IMG/VR virus record: IMGVR_UViG_3300037485_000169
Location: 1 to 55,316 of that record
Source of the DNA: a virus
Taxonomy: Duplodnaviria; Caudoviricetes
Length of the DNA: 55,316 nt
Reading direction: 5' to 3' (one strand)
This document shows, one piece after another, positions 35,801-45,077 of this stretch; position 1 is the stretch's first letter, and each line of letters begins with the position of its first letter. The translations under genes were made by a program, and so were the position numbers. The notes beneath the pieces are model-generated. The model worked only from the letters and a program-made list of their open reading frames with translations, ran no database searches and was not told where the DNA came from.

Positions 35801-38800
35801 TCGAAGACCTGTTTGCTGAGGTCAACGAGGCTGACCGCAATGCGCTGGTCAATGGCTATCCGCTGAAGGATTACTTCACCAAGGACGGCGAAGCCAAGTT
35901 CGAAACCACACCCAGTGGCCTCAACACTCCGACTGCCAAGAAGGATGATGGTCGTTTTGCTTTGGCCGCGTTCAACCAGCCTGATCGCGCTGATCCTGCT
36001 ATGGGTAAGTTGCGTATGGCGGTCACACGGTTCGTGTCGAAGCTGGCGACCAAACCCAAGGTCGCGGTGTTCAAGAACCAAGCCGACATGAAGGCGAATA
36101 ACCCCGCGCTCTATCGCGAGGCTGTGGCTGCGCGTCCTGAAGGCGACTTCGATACCGCACTGGCTGCGGGTTACTCGTTCGGCGATGGCAAGGTTATCAT
36201 CTTCTCAGACCGTATCGCCAACGAACAGCATCTCAACTTTGTGCTGGCGCATGAGACCCTTGGCCACTTCGGTTTGCGTGGGATCATCCCGGCCAAGCAG
36301 TTCGACGCAGTCATGGAAGCGATCTACAAGGCCAGCCCGGCCATCCGCTCGGATGTGGATATCGCAATGGCAGACCGCGACCAGTCTCGTTCGGAAGCTG
36401 TCGAGGAGTATCTCTCTGACTTTGCCGGTGTGCTCGACACCAGCGTGGTGGCCCGGATATGGAACGCCATCAAGAACGCACTCAACAAACTGGGCATCAA
36501 GTTCGGCGACGAGATGGTGCGCTACATCCTGAAGCAGTCACGATCCTACGTGCGCAGTGGCAAGTCGAGTATGTTCGATGCGGCCAAGGTCTTCACCGAT
36601 CTCCAAGATGTGGAATATGGTAAGGGCTATGCGTCCACCGGGCGGTTCAGCACAGTGGGAGATATCTACGCAGATAACCGCACGGCTGAACTGGTGCGCG
36701 ACAACATCGCTAACGCACCGCTGAACTGGGAGAAGGCGTGGGCCACAGTCAAGGGCATCACTGGCAATAGCGGCGACCGGTTCGACCGGTTCAAAGCTGA
36801 GTTCCTCAGCCTCGCCAACTTCCGTTCGCGCAACAACCCCGGCCTCAACCGCTTGGAGGAAATCCTCGAAGCGGCGCGTGACCTTACATCCAGCATCCGG
36901 GTGTCCAGCAACGAGCGCAACGCAGAGGTGTTCGACGCTGCCGTCTTTGGCAAATACTTCGGTGTTACCGACGAACAGACCGACTCGATCAACAAGCTGA
37001 TGTACGCTGCACAGCGCTTCGCTGTTGGTAAGATCAAGGACATCCGCCAACTCAGGGGTGCACCCCTCTATGAGTTCAAGAACGGTGTGCTGACGCCGAA
37101 CCAGACCGAGATCGACAAGCTCATCAAGCAGGGTATGGTCACCTTCGAAGAAGCGCGGGACGGGTTTACCTATGAAGTCCAGCTTCCTGATGGAACCACA
37201 CGCAAAGAGAAGTTTGCAGGTATCCCCGGCCTGACCAAGCAGAGTGTCGAGTGGCGTGGATATCTCAGCCTGCGTGAGACGGTCAATGATGTGGAGCTTC
37301 AGCTTCTGCGTGCCCGTTACCAGAGCCTGTTCGAAGACCAGCAGATCGCGTTCAAACAGTTCGACGAACTGGTCGAGAACAAGCGCCTGACCAACGCAGA
37401 GCGCGATCTTTTGCGCCGCATCATCAAGACGTACAACGATCTCTACACGGCAGACATCACCTTCGATGAGCGCGGCTATCCCAAACTCAACGCAGAAGCC
37501 ATGGAGAGCGGTAACGATTTCGTCGTGGCCATCAATAAGGCACTGGTCCTTGGTCAGGACCGGGACTTCCGTGCAGTCGCTGACTTCTTTGAAGGCAAGG
37601 CGGCTGACGATATGGTCGCCAAACTGCGTGAGTTCCGCAAGCGCCTGAAGATCGGGGCCGAGAACAAATTCACCATCCAGAACCGGGTCAAGCAAATCCT
37701 GATGCTGGAAGTGTCGAACGCTGACGCTGATCTCTATACCCGCCGCACAATCGCCACTGGCTACACCCCGCTGTTGCGTGAGGGTCAGTTCCAAGTCCGT
37801 GTCGAAGCAGTCAACCCGCGCACAGGTAAGGTCGTCCGTCTGGCCGATGCCTATCGTGAGCAGCTTATCTACTCGCAGGTGGAGAAGCAAAGCGAAGCGC
37901 GGCAGATCGCCGAAGGCATCAACAACGTCTTCAAGGACAAGACCTACGAAGTCGACGCCTATAATCAGGACGCTGGTGAGTTTACCAAGCAGACCGTGAT
38001 CTTCCGGGCCGTCCCAGAGACAGCGCTCGACGCCATTGCCGGACCTCCTGAGTTGAACCTCAACGAGTTTGTGTATGGTTTGCGTCAGCTTGATATTGTT
38101 CTGACGCCGAAGGAAGTCGAGCGCGTGGTCACTGCCCTGACCAAGCAGAACAGTTCGGCGCGTAACCGCCTGCTGCGTGCCTTCACTCCGGGCGCTGATC
38201 CGGACGCCATCAAGGCCATCTCACAGCATATCGACTCGCGTGCTTCGACCATCTCCAAGACCATGATGCGTCCGCAGTTGAGCGAGCTTATGAACTTGTC
38301 GATGGAGTCCACACAGCGCTTGTGGAATGGTGACGCCCGACTGCTGGCCAGCCTCAAGACTGCGGCAGAGAACACCAACTTGTCTCCTGATGAACGTGCC
38401 ATCGCCCAGCGAGAGTACGAGCGGTACAAGTATATGTACGAACAGACCAACCCGAAGGGTAAACCGAAGCGGGGCAATCAGTTCTACAACGAAGCCTCAC
38501 GCACAGTGTCGTTCCTCGATGACAACCGCAGCGTGACCGAGTCGAACTTCGAAAGCGGCGAGGTAGTCTCGCGGGTCCGTGCTGCTACCAGTATCATGCA
38601 GCTTGGTGGCTCTATCGCCACTGGTGCGCTCAACCTGATCAGTGCCTACACCAACGGTCTTCCGTTCCTTGCCAGCTACAATCCCAGCAATGGTTTCGGT
38701 GGCGGCTTCGGTATCGGTCCCTCGGTTGCTCAGTTCCACATCGCGGCCAAGCAGGTCGGTGCGCTGGGCATCGCCAACATGAAGGCCAACACGGCTGAGT

Positions 38801-40143
38801 TCTACGATGAGATAGCTGCCACTCCCGATCTACAGGCGCGGTACAACCTGAAGAAGCATGAGGCTGAGTTCATCGCACGAGAAATTCGTGAGGGTGCCAT
38901 GATCCCGGCGCAGACCAACGCGCTGATTAACACTGCCCGTGGCCAGATATCGTCAGGTTTCGCACGTAAATTTATCGATGGTTGGATGTTGCCGTTTAAC
39001 CTTACGGAGCAGGCATCTCGCCGCACATTGGGTCTGGCTGCCTATCGCCTTGAGTATGAGCGCCAGATCGCAGGTGGTAAGGGCGAAGCCAAAGCAAAGG
39101 AAGCGGCCCGTCGCTTCGCCGTCGATGCTCTGAACCTGACCATGGGTGAGTACTCGGTGCTCAACCGTCCGCCTGCATGGCGTTCGGGTATCCAGTCGTT
39201 CCTCTATATGTACAAGGTCTTCCCGACCACCTCGATCCAGTTGTTCTCGAACCTGTCGCGTGGTGGTAAGATCGCCATGCTGGCATCTCTGTGGATGCTC
39301 TCTGGTTTGCAGGGCCTGCCGTTCGCCGAAGACCTCGAAGACTTGATCGACACACTGGCTCAGGCTCTTGGGTTCAAGGTCGGCAGCATCCGCATGGAGA
39401 TCGCCCAGTTCATCGACGGTATCTTCCCCGGCATGTCACCCTACTTCCTACAGGGTGTGGTCAACTCGGCAGTACCCGCCGACATCGCTGGTCGTGTCTC
39501 CATCGGCAACCTGTTCCCCGGCACGGGTATCCTCCTGTCGGGTGCGGATGTGGGCCGTGAGCTTACTGACATCGCTGGCCCTGCGCCTTCGGCCCTGATC
39601 GGGTCGGCCCAGTTCTTCGCTGACCTGATGCGTGTGCCGTTCTCTGATCGCATCCAGCTTGTTGACGTGCTCCGCGAGGCTCCAATCACCATGTTCCGTG
39701 CAACCGGTGACGCTGTTGCCTACGCCAAGTCAGACGCCATTGTGGACCGCCGTGGCTATGTCGTGGCTGATGACGCCAACGCTGGAGTTATCGCTACCCG
39801 TCTGCTTGGGTTCTACCCGTCCGCTGCTGCTGAACAGTATAGCGCGATCCGCGTCGCAACCCGAGTGACTGACTACCAGAGAGATGTTGTGGCAGGCTTC
39901 CGTCAAGCATGGATCAAGGCCACAATGGAAGGTGACGCCAGCCGCGCCCGTGAGATCGAGCAGGCAGTGGATAGCTGGAACGAGGGTGCCAAGGGTACAG
40001 GGCTTGAGATTGCCGACTTCCGTCGCCGGTCACAGCGTGCACTCAAGGAAGCTCAACGTCCGGCCAAGGAGCGCACACTCAGGACTACTCCCAAAGCCGG
40101 TCGCGAGGATATCGAGAAGGCGTTCGACGCCCTCTCTTACTAG
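32803..40143 (+). CDS. Giant ejection/polyvalent-type protein with zincin-like motif
   Basis: 2446 aa; VLAHETLGHFGLR...AVEEY (HExxGH...EE); C-terminal SGLQGLPFAEDL region; last gene of the late arm. Confidence 0.75.
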   Translation: MAQAGLSNLNPLVSPAGSDLNPLVNRTPPAMSGLDALQQSLAGITAMGEAARAQVRAPEIAAPPAQQAPTPTIAFSPSRGEFFVQGRTFSKDDAQSAIESEALLGQPGAPLPTGDWVPVDPQAYAGYLQGIKEPSLGTLFSKGIGRGIDTSQLLIGRGLQLAGAEEFGGGIVTQQMEDLRRGMPFSRQFTDIQDPGDALEWFVAGFGEQVPNLLESVAVAGAGAIGGTFTGGPGVGTAAGALASLAGKSAFKQQVLAAARKKAAGEVLDQAEKKILRSAGALVGATAATFANSYRTGAADIYGELREQGADPDDISSKMLALAGAFPYALAESATEYLLAGRVLGGIAAPRAIPAGTSLPRRGAELLRRGAVGGAVGGIAEGGTELAQESLLLGLSDQDFSKPENIERLINSFAAGAAIGAPIGGIANLRGTKPTSLLGGEADMLALPPPPLRLPPPAGPEAGPPLLPAPMGNQGTLPLTGGGMNVLTPPAPPAPGQVEMFPGADLGAAPDADQLELPFATGITPAAAPAPTGLPPIQDVLPFESGLAPRYLAPIEPVAAPGALADNPVLRAIQQQQQQAQMAAQRQAEFEQAQAARTAVPEISALDQRLAESQPFLDVVGTEGTLLPEPTYGATPAEAAEEWRALAGRGRPKPFANFLPEIQNQWIDALNMAQAGELTVDDLRTIRNELVAAENAARLTKSAPRTVVTGDITPTPTPPKGGKARALKKPKATAVAPSKPTGTRGETLKRPAARAVAEPTGKPAAKPEAKAKVEAAPVQKGQGQAVQDVAKAPAKPKAVVPPGQARGEMTDAARIDDAITFVEEATTKTNRDDVRDAYYDILELAFFERLSSGTVEGRKAIQTKARDFLKGPISKWHQPSLAKAFRDIMLREDTLPADGPWFQFMMDNDLTDAFPAKAKAKVTNVSKIKDDALRAQAEEMFMVEEQPAVTAQATYQSRFVNVEAPLQKLASLLTSMPKVMSLDRPFVFRQEQYENLPFALEDLFAEVNEADRNALVNGYPLKDYFTKDGEAKFETTPSGLNTPTAKKDDGRFALAAFNQPDRADPAMGKLRMAVTRFVSKLATKPKVAVFKNQADMKANNPALYREAVAARPEGDFDTALAAGYSFGDGKVIIFSDRIANEQHLNFVLAHETLGHFGLRGIIPAKQFDAVMEAIYKASPAIRSDVDIAMADRDQSRSEAVEEYLSDFAGVLDTSVVARIWNAIKNALNKLGIKFGDEMVRYILKQSRSYVRSGKSSMFDAAKVFTDLQDVEYGKGYASTGRFSTVGDIYADNRTAELVRDNIANAPLNWEKAWATVKGITGNSGDRFDRFKAEFLSLANFRSRNNPGLNRLEEILEAARDLTSSIRVSSNERNAEVFDAAVFGKYFGVTDEQTDSINKLMYAAQRFAVGKIKDIRQLRGAPLYEFKNGVLTPNQTEIDKLIKQGMVTFEEARDGFTYEVQLPDGTTRKEKFAGIPGLTKQSVEWRGYLSLRETVNDVELQLLRARYQSLFEDQQIAFKQFDELVENKRLTNAERDLLRRIIKTYNDLYTADITFDERGYPKLNAEAMESGNDFVVAINKALVLGQDRDFRAVADFFEGKAADDMVAKLREFRKRLKIGAENKFTIQNRVKQILMLEVSNADADLYTRRTIATGYTPLLREGQFQVRVEAVNPRTGKVVRLADAYREQLIYSQVEKQSEARQIAEGINNVFKDKTYEVDAYNQDAGEFTKQTVIFRAVPETALDAIAGPPELNLNEFVYGLRQLDIVLTPKEVERVVTALTKQNSSARNRLLRAFTPGADPDAIKAISQHIDSRASTISKTMMRPQLSELMNLSMESTQRLWNGDARLLASLKTAAENTNLSPDERAIAQREYERYKYMYEQTNPKGKPKRGNQFYNEASRTVSFLDDNRSVTESNFESGEVVSRVRAATSIMQLGGSIATGALNLISAYTNGLPFLASYNPSNGFGGGFGIGPSVAQFHIAAKQVGALGIANMKANTAEFYDEIAATPDLQARYNLKKHEAEFIAREIREGAMIPAQTNALINTARGQISSGFARKFIDGWMLPFNLTEQASRRTLGLAAYRLEYERQIAGGKGEAKAKEAARRFAVDALNLTMGEYSVLNRPPAWRSGIQSFLYMYKVFPTTSIQLFSNLSRGGKIAMLASLWMLSGLQGLPFAEDLEDLIDTLAQALGFKVGSIRMEIAQFIDGIFPGMSPYFLQGVVNSAVPADIAGRVSIGNLFPGTGILLSGADVGRELTDIAGPAPSALIGSAQFFADLMRVPFSDRIQLVDVLREAPITMFRATGDAVAYAKSDAIVDRRGYVVADDANAGVIATRLLGFYPSAAAEQYSAIRVATRVTDYQRDVVAGFRQAWIKATMEGDASRAREIEQAVDSWNEGAKGTGLEIADFRRRSQRALKEAQRPAKERTLRTTPKAGREDIEKAFDALSY

Positions 40144-42989
40144 ACTACTTTCATCTGCCCGAGCACTTGCGCATCGTGAGCCTGATCGGCTTCATCGAGG
40201 ATACCGCGCAGTCTCGGGTGGCATAGGTTGATCGCCACGACATAGGACTGACCCATCTTGATGTCGGTTCCCTTACCGAGATATGCCTTGTTGTTCTTCA
40301 CAGGGACGATGATGTTCTCGGCTTCGAGGTCCCGTATGAGTTGGCGATAGTCGACATGGTGTGACGCCAGCCAGTTACGCAGGTGGGTCCGGTCAACCAT
40401 CACAGTGCCATGATCAAACACACCGTTCGGCTGGTGACGCCGGATGTCATAGCGGACCCTGACTTCACCTTGCGGCATCCGGTTGAACAGCGGTGCTGGT
40501 GGCTGCGTGGCCGTGTGCATGACCGTAAGCGCTACCCGCGTATTGTCGCTGAGATATTCTGAGAAGATATCGAAGCTGTCCATCTTGTTGGCGACGATGT
40601 TTTCCCTGATAGTTCCGGTCTGTTGGAGTACCCAGTTAATGGCCAAAGCCGGGTCGAACTTAATCCAGTCCTTCTCCTTGGCTATGCGCAGAGCCAAGTC
40701 CGTGAGGATAACGGCGATCTCCCAGTAGCGTTCTTCACCGCTGAACTCAGCAGGATATCTCTGGGGGAATGTGGTCATCGCTTCGTCAATCATCTCCTTG
40801 ATCGCAACAGGTCCCATGGCCAGCAGGTGCTTCACGAACCGGGGTCCGATCCAGCCATAGTTGCCGGTGATGAACTGGAATATCTTGCGGCCACCGGAGG
40901 TGCCGTCTGCGAACACAGGGTGCGGGTCGACTGTCACTTCCAAGAGGCGCATCATCTGCGCATCGGTGGCGCTGCCCATGGCAGCCAGCTTGGTAGCCCA
41001 CGGGATGTTGGTCGAGATCGTCACGCCGGTTGCCCAACGCTTGGTCTCCCGCTCCTCTGCCGAGCGGGTCAGGCGGGTCTTATCCCGGCCCTGTGTGACC
41101 ATGTACAGGAAGTCACCGACTTCTTTGTCCGTAACAACCGTGGCTTCATCGATGGTCATCGGCAGATTGCAGTAGAACCCAAGCCGATTATACAGGCTGT
41201 TCATCGTGAACTTGGCTGCGAAGTGTAGTTTCTGCGGATCACCCCACAGCGATTGCTGCCACAATTGGGCCAGAGACTTACCAGTACCAGTTGGACCAGA
41301 CAGCGACAGCGTCAAGCCGTTCAGCCCGGTCAGTTCGATCATGGGTGTGGCGAGGCTGAACCCTAACGCAAACATCTGCGCTGGCATATTGGCGGCTTGC
41401 AATACCGAAGTGAAGTCGATCCACCCCTGCTCACTGCCAGCGGTGTTGTAGAGTTCCCCGCCCAGCCTCTGGCTGCTCGACGATAGGGTGATGTTCTCCT
41501 CGACGACAGTGCCGTCATCCATCCTGCGTAGGAGTGTATTGCCGTGGACGAACTGCTTATAGTCGTCCTTCCATCCCATGCTGTTATAGAGGTTCGTCAT
41601 TGCACGCATTTCGCGTAGCTTGTCCATGTAGGTACGGAGCATAAACTGGAAACTCGCGGTTTGTTTTTCTGTTTTGAGGACGATCCCCTGATCAGCGACG
41701 GCGGTTGTGAACTCGCGTAAACGTGTGTCTGTGAGATATGCTTGGCGCAGTGATAGCTCTTGCCATCCCATATGCTTGCGGTCCCAGTGGTAGCGGACGG
41801 TCTCGTAGCCAAGTGCTTCGTCCCTGCCATACCCAACGGGGTAGATATCGAACGGGCAGATATCGAGGTCTGTACCATCGACAGTCTGCTTGATCCCTGA
41901 TGAAGTGCGCTTGTAGCTACGTGGCAGGGGTACTCCAGCACCGACTTTATCGGGGGCCGTTTCGGATATTTCGATTGCGCTGAACTGTGTGCCGATCTGC
42001 GTGGGTGCTGTGATCTTACCAGCGAACTTGCACCCCTTACATCCTGCGGGGCGTTCTTCTAGGAACTTCTTACATGTGGCCGGGCCAGAGACTGACTGCT
42101 TCCAATGCTCCATCTTGCGGACGGTGCGGCTGCGCTCATAGTCTGGGTGCTTGTCTGACCACGAGACAGCGGTGTTCTCAGCGTCGATGCAGAAGGCAGC
42201 GACACCCAGCATGGCATACCAGAACGGCTCGGTTACCTCTGCTTGGTTCTCGATACCCCACTTAATCTGCTGGCACTTGGACGCAACGGCATCAGGGTTA
42301 GCGTCAGGGAACTCGCTCTCAACAGCAAGAGCTTGTGACAACACACTAGTGCGTGTTGATCCTCCGAATGGAGTCATTAGTGTATTCACGACAAAACCAC
42401 TGAGCGCGGTGCGCATCACGTCGGCATCCACTGGGGCTGCGTCGACCAGCAATTTGACCTCGGCTCCACCCTTCGGATTGATGGTGCCCACAGGTCGTAG
42501 CAGCCGGGCACTGTCGCCCGGTACGCTCATGTCGATTGCAAAGCCCTTCGCCTTGGCTGCGGCCTTGAGTGCAAGACCCAGTGGTCCCCACTGCGTAGGC
42601 GCAAGCGCCTCGGCCAGTATCCAGTAGACATGCAGACCGTTGCCTGAGTGCACGATCATGGGTCTGGGTAACTTCAGGTCAGTGATGAACTGACTAAGGG
42701 CAAGCAGCCCGTCCTTCCACGTTTCGTAGGGTTTGTCCGAGCCACAGTCCACGTCGATGAACAGGGTCTGGGTAAGGTGAGTGTTGCGCTGACTACGCTC
42801 TGAGTTGTCCTGCATTGAGGAAACCGCGTAGTATATGTTGCCGCCTCGTTGGCTGGCAGATTGTGCTGCTACTGCTAGGTCTTCCACTGAGTCGTAGAAC
42901 TTGTGGATCATCCCCCTTGGGGTCAGTTGTGCACTAACGTACACACCTTCCGGCGGCAGCACCCTCTCTAAAAATGTCGTTGTATCCAT
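40140..42989 (-). CDS. Primase-helicase fusion (AEP/RepB-like primase plus DUF927-type helicase)
   Basis: FIDVD and HSGNGLHVYW primase motifs; Cys cluster; GW...F; GPTGTGKS; TIDE. Confidence 0.88.
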   Translation of the reverse strand: MDTTTFLERVLPPEGVYVSAQLTPRGMIHKFYDSVEDLAVAAQSASQRGGNIYYAVSSMQDNSERSQRNTHLTQTLFIDVDCGSDKPYETWKDGLLALSQFITDLKLPRPMIVHSGNGLHVYWILAEALAPTQWGPLGLALKAAAKAKGFAIDMSVPGDSARLLRPVGTINPKGGAEVKLLVDAAPVDADVMRTALSGFVVNTLMTPFGGSTRTSVLSQALAVESEFPDANPDAVASKCQQIKWGIENQAEVTEPFWYAMLGVAAFCIDAENTAVSWSDKHPDYERSRTVRKMEHWKQSVSGPATCKKFLEERPAGCKGCKFAGKITAPTQIGTQFSAIEISETAPDKVGAGVPLPRSYKRTSSGIKQTVDGTDLDICPFDIYPVGYGRDEALGYETVRYHWDRKHMGWQELSLRQAYLTDTRLREFTTAVADQGIVLKTEKQTASFQFMLRTYMDKLREMRAMTNLYNSMGWKDDYKQFVHGNTLLRRMDDGTVVEENITLSSSSQRLGGELYNTAGSEQGWIDFTSVLQAANMPAQMFALGFSLATPMIELTGLNGLTLSLSGPTGTGKSLAQLWQQSLWGDPQKLHFAAKFTMNSLYNRLGFYCNLPMTIDEATVVTDKEVGDFLYMVTQGRDKTRLTRSAEERETKRWATGVTISTNIPWATKLAAMGSATDAQMMRLLEVTVDPHPVFADGTSGGRKIFQFITGNYGWIGPRFVKHLLAMGPVAIKEMIDEAMTTFPQRYPAEFSGEERYWEIAVILTDLALRIAKEKDWIKFDPALAINWVLQQTGTIRENIVANKMDSFDIFSEYLSDNTRVALTVMHTATQPPAPLFNRMPQGEVRVRYDIRRHQPNGVFDHGTVMVDRTHLRNWLASHHVDYRQLIRDLEAENIIVPVKNNKAYLGKGTDIKMGQSYVVAINLCHPRLRGILDEADQAHDAQVLGQMKVV

Positions 42990-43004
42990 GTTGCCCCTGC
43001 GTCT

Positions 43005-43026
43005 GTGGGGGGATCGCTCCCCCCAC
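43005..43026 (-). other. Intergenic GNRA hairpin upstream of the primase gene
   Basis: GTGGGGGGA-GCGA-TCCCCCCAC on the minus strand. Confidence 0.75.
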
Positions 43027-43030
43027 TATC

Positions 43031-43312
43031 TTAACCTTGATCGAGTATCTGTTGGAGGCGTTCCTTCCTCTGCTTCTGATCTGCGGCGATCACCTCCGGC
43101 ATGGGCCATGCGTGTTCTGTCATAACCCCAAGCAACCTCTTTAGCATAACCCTGACGGCCTCGTCATTGGATTTACGGATCGGTTTACCGCGTAACCAAC
43201 CATAGTACGTCGCACGGGTTACACCAAAGAGATCAGACATGTCCTGAATTGTTAGGAGCATGTGCTTCCGCAGTGCCTCCACCTTGATGAAGTCAATTGC
43301 GGTCTTAGTCAT
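43031..43312 (-). CDS. XRE-family helix-turn-helix protein
   Basis: LRKHMLLTIQDMSDLFGVTRATYYGW. Confidence 0.8.
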   Translation of the reverse strand: MTKTAIDFIKVEALRKHMLLTIQDMSDLFGVTRATYYGWLRGKPIRKSNDEAVRVMLKRLLGVMTEHAWPMPEVIAADQKQRKERLQQILDQG

Positions 43313-44306
43313 CGCTGTCCATACCTCCAACGAGTGCGGCGATCTCGTCAGCCAGAGACATGGCATTGCTGTCCGCAGCGACTGCTACAGGAGCAGCCTT
43401 CGCTTTTGGCGCAGCCTTGGGAGCCGGGGCGGGAGCCGGAGCTTCCTCTTCCACAGCTTTTGCTGCACCGAAACCACGCTTGGGAGCAGCCGCTTCAGGC
43501 GCAGGGGCAACTGGCTCTTCCACGACTTCAACCGGAGCGGGTTTCGGTGCAACAGGCGCAGGTCGGGCGACCTGAACCGGAACTTCAACAGGGCGGCTAT
43601 TGGTTTTCTCACCAGTGATCTCAAGGACCTGATCGCTACCGAACAGACCGTCGACAGCACCCTGAGTTTCAGCTTCAAGGAACCCACCAAAGCCAAACTT
43701 CAGCTTGGGGAATGAGGCATCAGTGTCGAACGACAGCACAGTCTTGACCACCTCGACAGGGATACCACGAACGGTCAGTTCCTTCTGGTACTGGTTGAGA
43801 CCCTTGAGTGCAGCGGGGGTAACCTGAAGCAGGTACACCGGACCCGTGGGGTCTTCTGCTGCCACGATGGCGAGGCGCTTCTGATCTGCGCAAGCCTTGA
43901 TCTGCTGGCCGTTGGGACTGATCTTGGAACCCCATGCGTTCATGGGGCATGACGCACACAGATCGTTCTCAGGGTTCTGGACAGAGGCGTCAGGGCCGAT
44001 ACCATCCAGCGAGAAGCAGTCAGGGCCAGACGGTTCATCATTCGGGTCCCACTGCTTGGCGTAGTAGGTCTTGGACAGGCGCGGGTTAGCGCCGACGATA
44101 ACAACATTCAGCTTGGTCTGATCCAGCACAGTCTCGGTCTTGCCTTCGACGATGCGGAAGCGCGAACCCTTGAGGCTGATGCGGGGGTAGCTCTCACCAG
44201 AGGCGAGGCCAGCGGCAAGTGACGCAGCCAGAGCCGACTGCTGCCCGATGCGGGTAGCAAGGTGAGCGGGGACTTGGATGTTGGTAGGGATAAGTGACGT
44301 GCTCAT
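43305..44306 (-). CDS. Putative ssDNA-binding/annealing protein
   Basis: RISLKGSRF, PDCFS.DG, CASCP, KAC motifs; Pro/Ala linker and acidic C-terminus; in replication module. Confidence 0.55.
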   Translation of the reverse strand: MSTSLIPTNIQVPAHLATRIGQQSALAASLAAGLASGESYPRISLKGSRFRIVEGKTETVLDQTKLNVVIVGANPRLSKTYYAKQWDPNDEPSGPDCFSLDGIGPDASVQNPENDLCASCPMNAWGSKISPNGQQIKACADQKRLAIVAAEDPTGPVYLLQVTPAALKGLNQYQKELTVRGIPVEVVKTVLSFDTDASFPKLKFGFGGFLEAETQGAVDGLFGSDQVLEITGEKTNSRPVEVPVQVARPAPVAPKPAPVEVVEEPVAPAPEAAAPKRGFGAAKAVEEEAPAPAPAPKAAPKAKAAPVAVAADSNAMSLADEIAALVGGMDSDD

Positions 44307-44330
44307 AAATTCTCCTGTGTTGAGCGTGTT

Positions 44331-44672
44331 TTAGTAGTTGAGTTTGGCGTAGGTGGTGTTGTTGTTAAAGCTACCCAAATTCATTTCATACTGGTGGCCC
44401 ACACCCAATGTGGTACGAGCCTGTTCTGCGACGATATGTTCTGCGATCTCCGTATGGTCTTTGCAATAGGTAAGAACTGGCATCTTCATCGTCTGGTTGA
44501 GGAGCGCCCGATCAAACGTCCGGATAACATAGCCGTTGCCGATGCGATAAACCATGATGCTAGGGCTTGACTCACCCAAAGCCGAGATCGCACCTCGGGT
44601 TTCCTCATATGTGTCCGGTGGGTACACCGGCCTTTCAATACCCAGCCACCTTCGTAGCAGTTTCTTAACCAT
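44331..44672 (-). CDS. Hypothetical protein
   Basis: 113-aa ORF with GGAGG RBS. Confidence 0.7.
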   Translation of the reverse strand: MVKKLLRRWLGIERPVYPPDTYEETRGAISALGESSPSIMVYRIGNGYVIRTFDRALLNQTMKMPVLTYCKDHTEIAEHIVAEQARTTLGVGHQYEMNLGSFNNNTTYAKLNY

Positions 44673-45077
44673 TTAATCCTCCACTTTTGCTGTTGGTTTG
44701 CGGACGCTGACCTCGATCTTGGTGCCGTAGTTGACACCCGGGGGGACAGCCTTGTTCTGTTCGATGTAGCCACGCACTGCGGTCTTGTTCACCGCCTTGT
44801 TCAGCATGTCGTAGGCACCGGTCTCTTTGATGAAGTTCAGTGTCGCATCCCAGTTCTCGACATTGGCATAGTCCTTGGTGGTCAGGAACGCCGTGCCATG
44901 CTTGGTCTTGAACGAGGTGACACCCAACGTGTCTGCCTGTCCTTTGATCCACGCTTCGATCTTGTCCATGCTGGCTTCGATCTGGGATACTTCGTCTTTG
45001 ATCTGGGCTTCGATCTCCGCTTTCTTCAGCCGGAGTTTCATATAGGCCGCGACGGCCTGATCTACCGTGATACTCAT
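44673..45077 (-). CDS. Hypothetical replication-module protein
   Basis: Coiled coil plus KTKHGTA...VPPGVN. Confidence 0.75.
   Translation of the reverse strand: MSITVDQAVAAYMKLRLKKAEIEAQIKDEVSQIEASMDKIEAWIKGQADTLGVTSFKTKHGTAFLTTKDYANVENWDATLNFIKETGAYDMLNKAVNKTAVRGYIEQNKAVPPGVNYGTKIEVSVRKPTAKVED

Noticed and set aside
36538-37890. Long antisense ORFs (450 aa here; also 13136-14008, 14231-15073, 26457-27488, 10452-11252)
   Set aside because: They mirror well-supported sense genes; expected from codon bias in GC-rich DNA; no RBS or motifs
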